Source: Acidobacteriaceae bacterium
GTDB lineage: Bacteria > Acidobacteriota > Terriglobia > Terriglobales > Acidobacteriaceae
Assembly: GCA_035933805.1 (NCBI GenBank)
Contig: DASYYO010000279.1
Span: forward strand, 233 to 64,232
Direction: 5' to 3'
DNA length: 64,000 nt
The translations under genes and the position numbers were made by a program. Shown piece by piece: positions 1 to 10,980 of the stretch (position 1 is the first letter of the stretch; each line of letters starts with the position of its first letter). The notes beneath the pieces were generated by a model. It was not told the origin of the DNA and did not search any database. It worked only from the letters and a program-made list of their open reading frames with translations.

Positions 1-3001
<3,001 letters not shown>

Positions 3002-3029
3002 GCGGGATCTCCGGGGGCGGTGCTGCGAG

Positions 3030-3746
3030 TCAGGGCCGGGAGTTTGCGGATGCTTCGTCTTCCGCCGGGAACTGCCCGCTCTTTCCTCTCCGTTTCCGGA
3101 CCACCCAAAGGACGAGCAGTCCGATGAGCGCCGACAGGACGAGGAGAACGGCTACCCGGTGCTCGGTTGCAAGATTGATCGTCAGCTTTACGATCTCCGG
3201 CCCGTACCGGATGGTGAGCAGGGAGATGATGAGATAGCGCAACAGGCGGCCGGTGAAGACCGAAAGCATGAAGTTGAGCACCTTCATCTCGAAGACGCCG
3301 GCGCCGAGGACGAAGAGCTTCCAGGGGGTGGGCGGGGGCAGCATCGAGGGGATCATCATCGCCAGGAATTCCTGGTTCTCGAAGCGATCCCGCAGCTTTT
3401 CGTACTTTTGCCTATCGACATGCTTCATCAGCAGGATCTCGCCTCCGGCCCGGCCGAGGAGAAAGGGCACCAGGCCGCCCAGAGCCGAGCCGAGGGCGGC
3501 GATGAGCGCGTAGAGGTAGAAGTGCCTTTTGTCCGCCCAGATATAGCCGGCAATGATCAGGTCCTGGGGAACGGGAATGGCGGCCGCGTCAATGACGGCG
3601 AGCGCCCCGACGCCCCAGAAGCCGAGCGGCTTAAGGAGCGCGAGCAGCCAGATCTCATATTTCTTAAAAAGGACGAGAATTTTCTTCAAGAACTGCCCCG
3701 ATCTCCCTATACTTTGGCGGCTGGTGAGCCTTCCGGCGATTGACAC
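3030..3746 (-). CDS. DedA/YqaA (SNARE-associated) family membrane protein
   Basis: 238-aa polytopic ORF. The stretch VIDAAAIPVPQDLIIAGY...LGSALGGLVPFLLGRAGG resembles the DedA/YqaA family core. Confidence 0.6.
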   Translation of the reverse strand: MSIAGRLTSRQSIGRSGQFLKKILVLFKKYEIWLLALLKPLGFWGVGALAVIDAAAIPVPQDLIIAGYIWADKRHFYLYALIAALGSALGGLVPFLLGRAGGEILLMKHVDRQKYEKLRDRFENQEFLAMMIPSMLPPPTPWKLFVLGAGVFEMKVLNFMLSVFTGRLLRYLIISLLTIRYGPEIVKLTINLATEHRVAVLLVLSALIGLLVLWVVRKRRGKSGQFPAEDEASANSRP

Positions 3747-3775
3747 TGGCCACGCGGGCGGAAGTCCGCGCGTGA

Positions 3776-4276
3776 TCAGCGTCCACGCAGGTCTGTCTCC
3801 TCGTGCTGCACCCCGGTTCCGTCGAGCAATGCCAAAGCGTGGGGGATCAAGCTTATGACTGCCTGAAGCGAGCTGCGGGCGCCTCCAGGAGAGCCCGGCA
3901 GGTTGACGATGAGGCTGGTTCCGCAGGTTCCCGTGACGGTCCGGCTCAAGGAGGAGAACTGCGTTTGCTTTCTGCCCTCTGCCCGCATCAATTCCGCGAA
4001 GCCGTCGAGCAGGCGGTCGCAGACGGCGGTGGTTGCCTCGGGCGTGACATCGCGCCGGGAGATTCCCGTGCCGCCGGTGGTGACCACGAGCCGTGCGGCG
4101 CCGGATTGCTCACGCAGCGCCCGCTCGATGAGCGGCTGCTCGTCGGGTACGACGACATGGCTGACGACGTCGAAGCCGTTTGTTTTGAGCAGTTCGACGA
4201 CGGCAGGACCGGAAACATCGCTGCGTTGACCCTGAGAGCAGGAGTCGCTGACCGTGATGACTGCGGCGCGGAACAT
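3776..4276 (-). CDS. mog: molybdenum cofactor biosynthesis protein, MogA/MoaB-type
   Basis: Lies in ORF 3776..4321; the likely start is the internal MFRAAVITVSD. Carries the VVTTGGTGISRRDVTPEA signature of the MoaB/Mog fold. Confidence 0.8.
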   Translation of the reverse strand: MFRAAVITVSDSCSQGQRSDVSGPAVVELLKTNGFDVVSHVVVPDEQPLIERALREQSGAARLVVTTGGTGISRRDVTPEATTAVCDRLLDGFAELMRAEGRKQTQFSSLSRTVTGTCGTSLIVNLPGSPGGARSSLQAVISLIPHALALLDGTGVQHEETDLRGR

Positions 4277-4461
4277 AAGGCGATTGTACGAGGGTTGTAC
4301 CGGCCTGCACTTCCCCTGCACTTCCTATGGATGCAGCAGACGCTTTCTGCAGCTTCGGTTTCGGTACAAGTTTGGAAAGAATGAGAGAATACAGGGATAT
4401 GCAGAAGTTCGGAGCCGGGTGCTAGCAGCCTGGCTTGAATTGCCGCCCCGTTGCTTGCCAA

Positions 4462-5541
4462 ATGCCGACGACTGAAGTTCCCACCGGTTCTCCCGGACGA
4501 CCACCCGAGCAGCCGCTCTTTCGGCGCAAGCGGACACGCTATGAGGATCTGGAGCCCGACGAACTCCTTCACCTGATCGACAGCCTGGAGGACGAACGCT
4601 CCCGGGCCCGCCGGCGCGAGGGAATCTGGATATCGGTTGTCGCGCACCTGATTCTTTTCTGGTTCATCTTTTACGGTCCGCGGGTGCTCTGGCACCAGCC
4701 TCGGGTCGTGAATCCGGCGGATGTGCTCAAAAACCGCAAGGATCTCACGTATCTGGATCTGCCGCCGGACGCTTTGAAAAAGATAAGACCCAGGCCGCAG
4801 GCGCCGCTTTCGGACAAGAACCGGATTGCGCAATCGCAACACCCGACGCTGGACCGCAAGACGCTGGAGCAACTGCAGGCGATGCGGCGCGCCGGTCCGC
4901 CGGCGCCAGTTCCTCCGCGGCCGCAGCCGCAGGCCCCCGTGCAGCAGGCGGCTCCACAACCGCCGGCTCAGCAGCAGGCGCAGAGCCAGCCGCCGCGCCC
5001 GGCTCCCCAGCCGCTGCAGCCAAATCCGCAGGCGCAGCTGGAAGCGCCGAAGCCGGCTCCCACGCAGCCGAGCTTCAACAACAACACGACGCCGAGCGAT
5101 GCGATCCGCCAGGCAATCCAGAATGCAGCCCGCAACCAGGGGCAGTCGTCCGGCGACTATGGCGCGAATGCGCCCTCCGAGCACCCGGCCATGAGCGCCG
5201 GAGTGGATATTCTGAGCGATACGATGGGAGTCGATTTCGGCCCCTACATGCGGCGAGTGATTGCAGCGACCTACCGGAGCTGGCTCCCGATCATTCCCGA
5301 GTCGGCGCGGCCGCCGCTCGACAAGCAGGGCAGGGTAGGAATCCGGTTCAAGATCTTTCCTGACGGCAGCGTGAAGCAGATGATCCTGGAGTTCCCTTCT
5401 GGCGATGTCGCGCTGGATAAAGCGGCGTGGGGAGGAATCACCGGTGCGGCTCCGTATCCGGCGCTTCCGAAGGATTTCAAAGGGCCCTTCCTCGAACTCC
5501 GCTTCGGCTTCTACTACAACCTCGACCCGAAGCAGCAGTAG
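4462..5541 (+). CDS. TonB-family energy transducer
   Basis: Lies in ORF 4435..5541; the likely start is ATG 4462 (MPTTEV). One N-terminal TM helix, a long Pro/Gln-rich spacer (PQPQAPVQQAAPQPPAQQQ...) and a TonB C-terminal fold (GRVGIRFKIFPDGSVKQMILEFPSGDVALDKAA). Confidence 0.75.
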   Translation: MPTTEVPTGSPGRPPEQPLFRRKRTRYEDLEPDELLHLIDSLEDERSRARRREGIWISVVAHLILFWFIFYGPRVLWHQPRVVNPADVLKNRKDLTYLDLPPDALKKIRPRPQAPLSDKNRIAQSQHPTLDRKTLEQLQAMRRAGPPAPVPPRPQPQAPVQQAAPQPPAQQQAQSQPPRPAPQPLQPNPQAQLEAPKPAPTQPSFNNNTTPSDAIRQAIQNAARNQGQSSGDYGANAPSEHPAMSAGVDILSDTMGVDFGPYMRRVIAATYRSWLPIIPESARPPLDKQGRVGIRFKIFPDGSVKQMILEFPSGDVALDKAAWGGITGAAPYPALPKDFKGPFLELRFGFYYNLDPKQQ

Positions 5542-5566
5542 CCAGGGGAGCCAGAGGCAGCCTCGC

Positions 5567-5701
5567 GTGCCAGCCAATCGTGAGCTCCGGAAACGCCAGA
5601 TCTACGGCCTCTTGCTGCTGGCCGCGGCGCTCGCCGCTGTGGGCCTCTGCCGGGCGCCGCTCCACGACATCTTTCCCCCAGGATGGTGGAGAGCGTGGTA
5701 A
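5567..5701 (+). CDS. candidate 44-aa small membrane protein (uncalled in the ORF track as a separate gene)
   Basis: GTG 5567 preceded by AGAGG 9 nt upstream. Translation MPANRELRKRQIYGLLLLAAALAAVGLCRAPLHDIFPPGWWRAW has a basic N-terminus followed by one TM helix. It fills the tonB-miaA gap (25 nt after the tonB stop, 18 nt before the miaA ATG). Third-position GC is about 79% by hand count. Confidence 0.25.
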   Translation: MPANRELRKRQIYGLLLLAAALAAVGLCRAPLHDIFPPGWWRAW

Positions 5702-5719
5702 CCGGCTCTCCTGAGGATT

Positions 5720-6694
5720 ATGAGCAGCAAATTTCCAGCGGATGAAAAGAGGCAGCGGAAGGACCCCGCGCTGATCGTTGTCCTGGGCCCTACGGCGAGC
5801 GGCAAGAGCGCGCTCGCGATGGCTTTGGCGCTCGCCTTCGATGGCGAGATCGTCAGCTGCGATTCGGTGGCGGTCTACCGCGGACTGGACATCGGCGCGG
5901 CGAAGCCGTCGCGCGAGCAACAAAGCCGGGCGCCGCACCATCTGATTGACGTCGCTGCTCCGGACGAGCCTTACTCCGCCGGGGAGTATTCCCGGGCGGC
6001 GCGCGCCGCCATCGCGGAGATCGCCGGACGCGGCAGGCTGCCCATCCTCTCCGGTGGGACGGGGCTTTATCTCCGGGCCGCCCTGGCGGGGCTGTTTGCC
6101 GGGCCCCAGCGATCGGAGTCTTTGCGGACCCGTCTGCGGCAGACGGCGGCGCGGCGCGGTCCGGGCTACGTGCACCGCCTGCTGGCACGACTGGACCCGG
6201 TGTCCGCCGCGCGCATCCACGCCCACGATCTGGCCAAGGGAATGCGCGCGATTGAGGTCACTCTGGCCGCCCGCCAACCGATGTCGCAGGCCTGGCAGAT
6301 GGGCCGCGACCCTCTCACCGGCTACCGGATCCTCCGTCTCGGTCTACAGCCGCCGCGGGAGCAATTGTATGCACGCATCAACGAACGCGCCCGCGCCATG
6401 TTTGAGAGGGGCTTGATCGAGGAGACGAAGGGGCTGCTGGAGCGGTATGAAAGGCCGCCGCTCGGTGCGCCTTCCGCGCTCGATTCGCTGGGGTATCGCC
6501 AGGCCGCCGGCTACCTGCGCGGAGCCTTGACGCTGGAGGAGGCGATCGCCGCGGCAAGCCAGGGACATCGAAACTACGCCAAGCGCCAGCTCACATGGTT
6601 TCGGCGTGAGCCCGGTGTGGTGTGGCTGCAGGGCTTTGGAGACTCAGCCAGCGTGCAGACAGAGGCGCTGGACCTGGTGGCGAAGCACCTGTAG
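5720..6694 (+). CDS. miaA: tRNA dimethylallyltransferase
   Basis: P-loop GPTASGKS, SCDSVAVYRGLDIGAAKPS and HHLIDV motifs; typical length of 324 aa. Confidence 0.93.
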   Translation: MSSKFPADEKRQRKDPALIVVLGPTASGKSALAMALALAFDGEIVSCDSVAVYRGLDIGAAKPSREQQSRAPHHLIDVAAPDEPYSAGEYSRAARAAIAEIAGRGRLPILSGGTGLYLRAALAGLFAGPQRSESLRTRLRQTAARRGPGYVHRLLARLDPVSAARIHAHDLAKGMRAIEVTLAARQPMSQAWQMGRDPLTGYRILRLGLQPPREQLYARINERARAMFERGLIEETKGLLERYERPPLGAPSALDSLGYRQAAGYLRGALTLEEAIAAASQGHRNYAKRQLTWFRREPGVVWLQGFGDSASVQTEALDLVAKHL

Positions 6695-6729
6695 GGGCGC
6701 CGGAAAGACGCCCTGCAGGGGGAATTCCT

Positions 6730-7767
6730 CTACTTAACCGGGCTATTGGGAGCCGGGGTGATCGTGAGCGCCAACTGCGGGGAAGTGGGCGGCGTAGTGA
6801 TCAGCGAGCCGGTGGTCGAGACCGAATCGATGGTGACGCCATACGTTCCCGCCGGCGTGCCCGGGTTGTAGGTCGGGCCGTGATTCAGATAGTTCCAGCG
6901 CACGTTGCAGGCTGTCAGGGTCATCGCTCCGGCGAGCAGCGAAGCGACCAGAAGCACGTTCCAGAAGGCCCGGTGTTTGCGCCTTCGCAGTCCGGCGAAG
7001 CCGCCGGCAAAGGCAAGAAACGCGGGCAGCGCAAAGGCGTAGAGAGGCATTGCGGGAGAGGAGCTTCCCCGGCTCCTGGCCGCGGCGCCGGTGGGGGTTA
7101 GTGTGCCGGAGGGCGCCAGCGTCTGAATCTGCATGGTGCTGAGCCCGGGCGTACAGGTGGTTCCGCTGCAACTGGCGAGCACATTGACGGGCGAGAATGT
7201 GCAGGTGGCGGCGACGGGAAGATTGCTGCAGGAGAGGCTGACGTAGGCGTTGAAGCCGTTGACCGGAGTTACGGTGACGATGCTGGTTGCGAAGGCGCCC
7301 GCCTGAATGCTCACGGCAGTGGGAGAAGCGCCAACGGTGAAACCGGTAACCGGCGTGGATGCCTGAACCTGGGAAGACGCGGAGATCGACTGCGCGTAGG
7401 CATCATTGCCCTGGAAAACGGCGATCACATGGTGGCTGCCGGCGGGCAGATTGTTCGTGGTCAGCGTCGCAGTTCCGTCGCTCGCCACCACGGCCGAACC
7501 AAGATCAAGATTGCTGGTGCGGAAGTTGACCACGCCGCCCGGAATTTCCATGCCGCTCGCGGTCGCGACTCTCGCGGTGAGGGTGACCGTGGTCCGCGAA
7601 CTGGAGTCGTCCGTCGAGACAGTCAGCGATGTCTGGGTGGCCGCAGCGGCCGACGCGCGCTGCGTGAAGCCTACGAGGACCGCTGCCAGAAAGGCCAGGA
7701 ACAATCCGCTGTTGCGTATCCATCGTTGGACCCTAATTGAATCCCCTGCGTTTGACTGCACATTCAT
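6730..7767 (-). CDS. Ig-like domain repeat surface protein with C-terminal membrane anchor
   Basis: Lies in ORF 6730..7968; the likely start is MNVQSNAG (ATG 7767), followed by a signal peptide. Contains Thr/Ser/Val-rich bacterial Ig-like repeats (TVTLTARVATASG...VVNFRT...DGTATLTTNNLPAGSHHVIAVFQGNDAYAQS) and C-terminal hydrophobic segments. Confidence 0.6.
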   Translation of the reverse strand: MNVQSNAGDSIRVQRWIRNSGLFLAFLAAVLVGFTQRASAAAATQTSLTVSTDDSSSRTTVTLTARVATASGMEIPGGVVNFRTSNLDLGSAVVASDGTATLTTNNLPAGSHHVIAVFQGNDAYAQSISASSQVQASTPVTGFTVGASPTAVSIQAGAFATSIVTVTPVNGFNAYVSLSCSNLPVAATCTFSPVNVLASCSGTTCTPGLSTMQIQTLAPSGTLTPTGAAARSRGSSSPAMPLYAFALPAFLAFAGGFAGLRRRKHRAFWNVLLVASLLAGAMTLTACNVRWNYLNHGPTYNPGTPAGTYGVTIDSVSTTGSLITTPPTSPQLALTITPAPNSPVK

Positions 7768-7990
7768 CCTTCTGGTCTCTGCTCTCTGACGCTGCTTCGC
7801 GGCTGCCGTGAGCTGCAAACACAACTCCGCGCACTTCTGGGGAGACGGCAAACCGGAAAAATCGGTGTAACTCTGCAATTGTAGCTGCGCCGGGGATTTC
7901 CCGTCGCGCTTTCCCGCAAAGGAGCGCGGCGGAGGGAGGAGCTGGCAGGTTTCCGCCGCCGCAGCCACCGCTGCGGGGGACAGGTTCGAG

Positions 7991-8974
7991 TCAACCTCTT
8001 TCGCTGTCCAGGACCTTCATCTGGGCTTCGCCATAGCGCGCTCCCGCGACCTGGTGTTCGGCGAAGACCCGGTCCACGGCGGCGAGATCCCGGGGGGAGA
8101 GTTGAACCTCAAGAGCGCCGAGGGCGGCCTCGAGCTGGTTTCGCGTGCGAGCCCCCGGGACAGGGACGATATCCCGCCCCTGGGCAGCCACCCAGGCGAT
8201 GGCAAGCTGCGCCGGAGTGATGCGCATTTCCGCCGCGATGGCTCCGAGCACCTCCACCAAGCGGCGATTGCGCACATAGTTCTCGCCGCTGAAGCGCGGA
8301 AGATGTGCGCGAAAATCGCCGGTGTCTTTCGGGCGGGAATCGCTGAGCAGGCCGCGGGAGAGAACGCCATAGGCCGTGACCCCGATGCCCAGCTCCCGCA
8401 GGACCGGCAGAATCTCCTTCTCGATGGTGCGGGTGATGATCGAGTACTCCATCTGCAGGTCGGTTACGGGATGGACGGCGTGAGCGCGCCGGACCGTCTC
8501 CGCGCCGGCCTCCGACAGTCCGAGGTAGCGGACATAGCCGGCCTGAATCAGATCGGCGATCGCGCCGACGGTCTCCTCGATGGGCACGGCCGGGTCCAGA
8601 CGCGCGGGCCGGTAGATGTCGATGACGTCCACGCCCAGGCGGCGGAGGGAATAGGCGCAGAAGGTCTTGACCGCGGCGGGCCGGCCGTCGAAGCCGATCC
8701 AGTTTCCGTCCGGCGCCCGCATCGCTCCGAACTTGACGGAGAGCACAACCTGGCCGTGGCGGCCCTCCAGCGCCCGGCGGATGAGCATCTCATTGTGGCC
8801 CATGCCGTAGAAGTCGCCGGTATCGAGCAGGTTGATCCCGCTATCGATGGCGGCATGGATCGTGGCGACGCTCTCGGCCTCATCGGTGTGGCCGTACATG
8901 CCGGACATGCCCATGCAGCCCAGGCCCAGAGGTGAGACCTCCGGTCCGGTCCGGCCAAGCTTGATTCGTTTCAT
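7991..8974 (-). CDS. aldo/keto reductase
   Basis: Lies in ORF 7991..8989; the start is MKRIKLGRTGPEVSPLGLGCMGMSG, with a GAGGAG Shine-Dalgarno 7 nt upstream. Typical AKR N-terminus plus LLDTGDFYG. Confidence 0.9.
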   Translation of the reverse strand: MKRIKLGRTGPEVSPLGLGCMGMSGMYGHTDEAESVATIHAAIDSGINLLDTGDFYGMGHNEMLIRRALEGRHGQVVLSVKFGAMRAPDGNWIGFDGRPAAVKTFCAYSLRRLGVDVIDIYRPARLDPAVPIEETVGAIADLIQAGYVRYLGLSEAGAETVRRAHAVHPVTDLQMEYSIITRTIEKEILPVLRELGIGVTAYGVLSRGLLSDSRPKDTGDFRAHLPRFSGENYVRNRRLVEVLGAIAAEMRITPAQLAIAWVAAQGRDIVPVPGARTRNQLEAALGALEVQLSPRDLAAVDRVFAEHQVAGARYGEAQMKVLDSERG

Positions 8975-8980
8975 CGGTTT

Positions 8981-9066
8981 GCTCCTCAAAGATTATGCGG
9001 GAAGACGAGAGTAAGCGGGAGCACGGCAATGGAGCGGCTCCTCAAACGGATCGCGGGAAGAGAGGG
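8981..9066. repeat. two ~30-nt direct repeats (gctcctcaaa-N6-gcgggaaga-gag) 56 bp apart
   Basis: Copy 1 spans 8981-9011 and copy 2 spans 9037-9066. On the minus strand each copy carries TTTGAGGAGC; copy 1 is the Shine-Dalgarno of the aldo/keto reductase. Confidence 0.7.
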
Positions 9067-9106
9067 TTTCGCATGGGGGGCGAAAGGCGCTCTCCCGCGG
9101 TTTTTT
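9052..9106 (+). terminator. orphan rho-independent terminator-like hairpin on the plus strand
   Basis: Outer stem CGCGGGA(A)GAG / CTCTCCCGCG (10 bp, one bulge). Inner stem TTTCGC/GCGAAA with a 7-nt loop. Followed by G plus TTTTTT (9101-9106). No plus-strand gene lies upstream. Confidence 0.5.
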
Positions 9107-9179
9107 GCTCCTGCCCAAGCTCTTTGCGGCGGAGAGCACGCGCCGCGGCATGGGATCGGCAAATGAACTAACATAAGAG

Positions 9180-9612
9180 AAGCAGGTGGGCCGGACGGTC
9201 GCTGCCCGGGCGCTCGCGCGTTCCGGGGAGAGGAAAGTCCGAACTCCGCAGGACAGCGTGCCGGATAACGTCCGGGATTTGAGCGTCAAGGCTCAAAGAC
9301 GGCCAGTGCCACAGAGAAGATACCGCCTCGGCTTCTTCGGGAGCCGCGGTAAGGGTGAAAAGGTGCGGTAAGAGCGCACCGCGCCGGCTGTAAAGCCGGT
9401 GGCAGGGTAAACCCCACGCGGAGCAAGACCAAATAGGGAGGGAATCCGACGGCCTGACCCGGGCCGCGGATGCGTGCCGGTCCGGTGCGCCAACCCGGGT
9501 TCCCGCTTCGGCGGGTGGGAAACCTCCGGGTAGGTCGCTTGAGCGGCGCAGCGATGCGCCGCCTAGAGGAATGATCGTCCACGACAGAATTCGGCTTACA
9601 GGCCCTCTTGCA
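9180..9612 (+). ncRNA. rnpB: RNase P RNA, bacterial type A
   Basis: Contains GAGAGGAAAGTCCGAAC, GGTAAGGGTGAAAAGGTGCGGTAAGAGCGCACCG and ACAGAATTCGGCTTACAGGCC near the 3' end. The P1 helix pairs GCAGGTGGGCC (9182-) with GGCCCTCTTGC (9601-9611). Ends are accurate to about 5 nt. Track ORFs 9286..9696(-) and 9293..9493(-) lie inside it and are spurious. Confidence 0.9.
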
Positions 9613-9617
9613 AACGC

Positions 9618-9661
9618 GGCCCCGCGGCTCTGAACGGAGCAGCGGGGCCTCTCGTTTTTTC
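9618..9661 (+). terminator. rho-independent terminator of rnpB
   Basis: GGCCCCGC (9618-9625) pairs with GCGGGGCC (9642-9649), with inner GCTC/GAGC pairing, followed by TCTCGTTTTTT. Confidence 0.75.
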
Positions 9662-9722
9662 GCGTTTTCCCGGCAAACGGCTACACTCCTAATCACCGGA
9701 CGGACAGCCGGCGGCGGCTTCC

Positions 9723-10949
9723 ATGGGATTCCTCGAAGGCATCAAGATCGCGCTGCAGTCGCTGTGGGCCAACAAGCTGCGCTCCTTCCTTACGCTGCTG
9801 GGAGTGATGATCGGCGTTGCGGCCGTCATCATGGTGATCACGCTGGTGAACGGCGCCAACAAGTTCGTGGCCACCAAGGTCTACGGCTATGGAGCGGACG
9901 TGTTTACCGCGTCCAAGCAGCCGGCGGTGGTGTTCAGCGACGCCGAGTACACGAAATATCAGAAGCGCAAGGATCTGAAGATCGACGACTACCGGGACGT
10001 AGCGGCGAAGTGCCTGCACTGCGCCGCTACCGGCGCGATGGCCAACGTCACCGGCAAGGTGGTGTACGAGAACCACTCGAGCACCGATACGGATATCCGC
10101 GGGTGGACCTGGTCGATGCCGCCCATCTACAACATGAACATCGAGCGGGGGCGGGGATTCGTGCCGATCGACGATGAGCGCCACAGCCATGTGGCCATCA
10201 TCGGCGCCGACATCGTGGACAACCAGATGGGCGGGGAAGACCCAATCGGCAAGGAGATCCGCGTGGATGGCGAGCACTACCGGGTGATCGGGGTCGGAGA
10301 GCGAAAGGGCAAGACGCTTGGCCAGAGCCAGGACAACTGGGTGGCCGTGCCGCTGACCACTTTTCTGAATGAGTACGGCTCCAATCGCAGCCTGACGATC
10401 TATGGGAAGGCCAACGGGGTTGGCGATCCGCTGGAGCTGGCTTCAGGCGAGATGCGAACCATCCTGCGCGGACGCCGCCATGACGCTCCCGGCGCAGAGG
10501 ACAGTTTTTCGATCGATACAAATGCCACCTTCGTCGGGATATGGCAGAGCATTAGTTCCAGCTTCTCGGCGGTGTTTATCTCGCTGGCTGCGATCTCCCT
10601 GGTGATTGGCGGCATCGTGATCATGAACATCATGCTGGTAAGCGTTACGGAGCGGACGCGGGAGATCGGTGTACGCAAGGCCCTGGGAGCGCGGCGGAGA
10701 GACCTCATGCTGCAGTTCCTGATCGAATCGGCGACGATGGCGCTGATCGGCGGCCTCATCGGAGTGCTGGGCGGGGTCGCCTTTGCCAAGATCATTACGC
10801 TGGTGGTCGGGTTTCCTTCCGACATCCAGGCATGGCCGGTGCTGCTGGGTCTGTTGATGGCCACGGCGGTGGGCGTCTTCTTCGGCGTGTATCCGGCGCG
10901 CAAGGCGGCGATGCTCGATCCGATTGTGGCGCTGCGGTCCGAGATCTAG
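9723..10949 (+). CDS. ABC transporter permease, MacB/FtsX family
   Basis: N-terminal LQSLWANKLRSFLTLLGVMIGVAAVI, a large periplasmic domain, and a C-terminal FtsX motif (MLVSVTERTREIGVRKALGARRRD). Confidence 0.85.
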   Translation: MGFLEGIKIALQSLWANKLRSFLTLLGVMIGVAAVIMVITLVNGANKFVATKVYGYGADVFTASKQPAVVFSDAEYTKYQKRKDLKIDDYRDVAAKCLHCAATGAMANVTGKVVYENHSSTDTDIRGWTWSMPPIYNMNIERGRGFVPIDDERHSHVAIIGADIVDNQMGGEDPIGKEIRVDGEHYRVIGVGERKGKTLGQSQDNWVAVPLTTFLNEYGSNRSLTIYGKANGVGDPLELASGEMRTILRGRRHDAPGAEDSFSIDTNATFVGIWQSISSSFSAVFISLAAISLVIGGIVIMNIMLVSVTERTREIGVRKALGARRRDLMLQFLIESATMALIGGLIGVLGGVAFAKIITLVVGFPSDIQAWPVLLGLLMATAVGVFFGVYPARKAAMLDPIVALRSEI

Positions 10950-10980
10950 ACAGGGAGCCGCGAAGGCGCCTGGAGATGCG

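Noticed and set aside
3988-5577. 529-aa minus-strand ORF across mog and the TonB-family gene. Similar long antisense ORFs: 1571..2665(-), 14533..15807(+), 17421..18455(+), 21688..23382(-), 23656..24804(-), 27581..29131(-), 33357..34160(-), 50618..51643(+), 52931..54547(-), 57752..58969(-), 59264..60304(-), 61374..62351(-) and 62684..63571(-)
   Set aside because: Each lies opposite a gene with strong family signatures, and each has low-complexity Arg/Pro/Gly-rich composition. I treat all of them as shadow ORFs.
9286-9696. 136-aa and 66-aa minus-strand ORFs between the reductase and the first permease
   Set aside because: They lie inside the RNase P RNA gene, whose conserved type-A motifs and P1 helix are on the plus strand.
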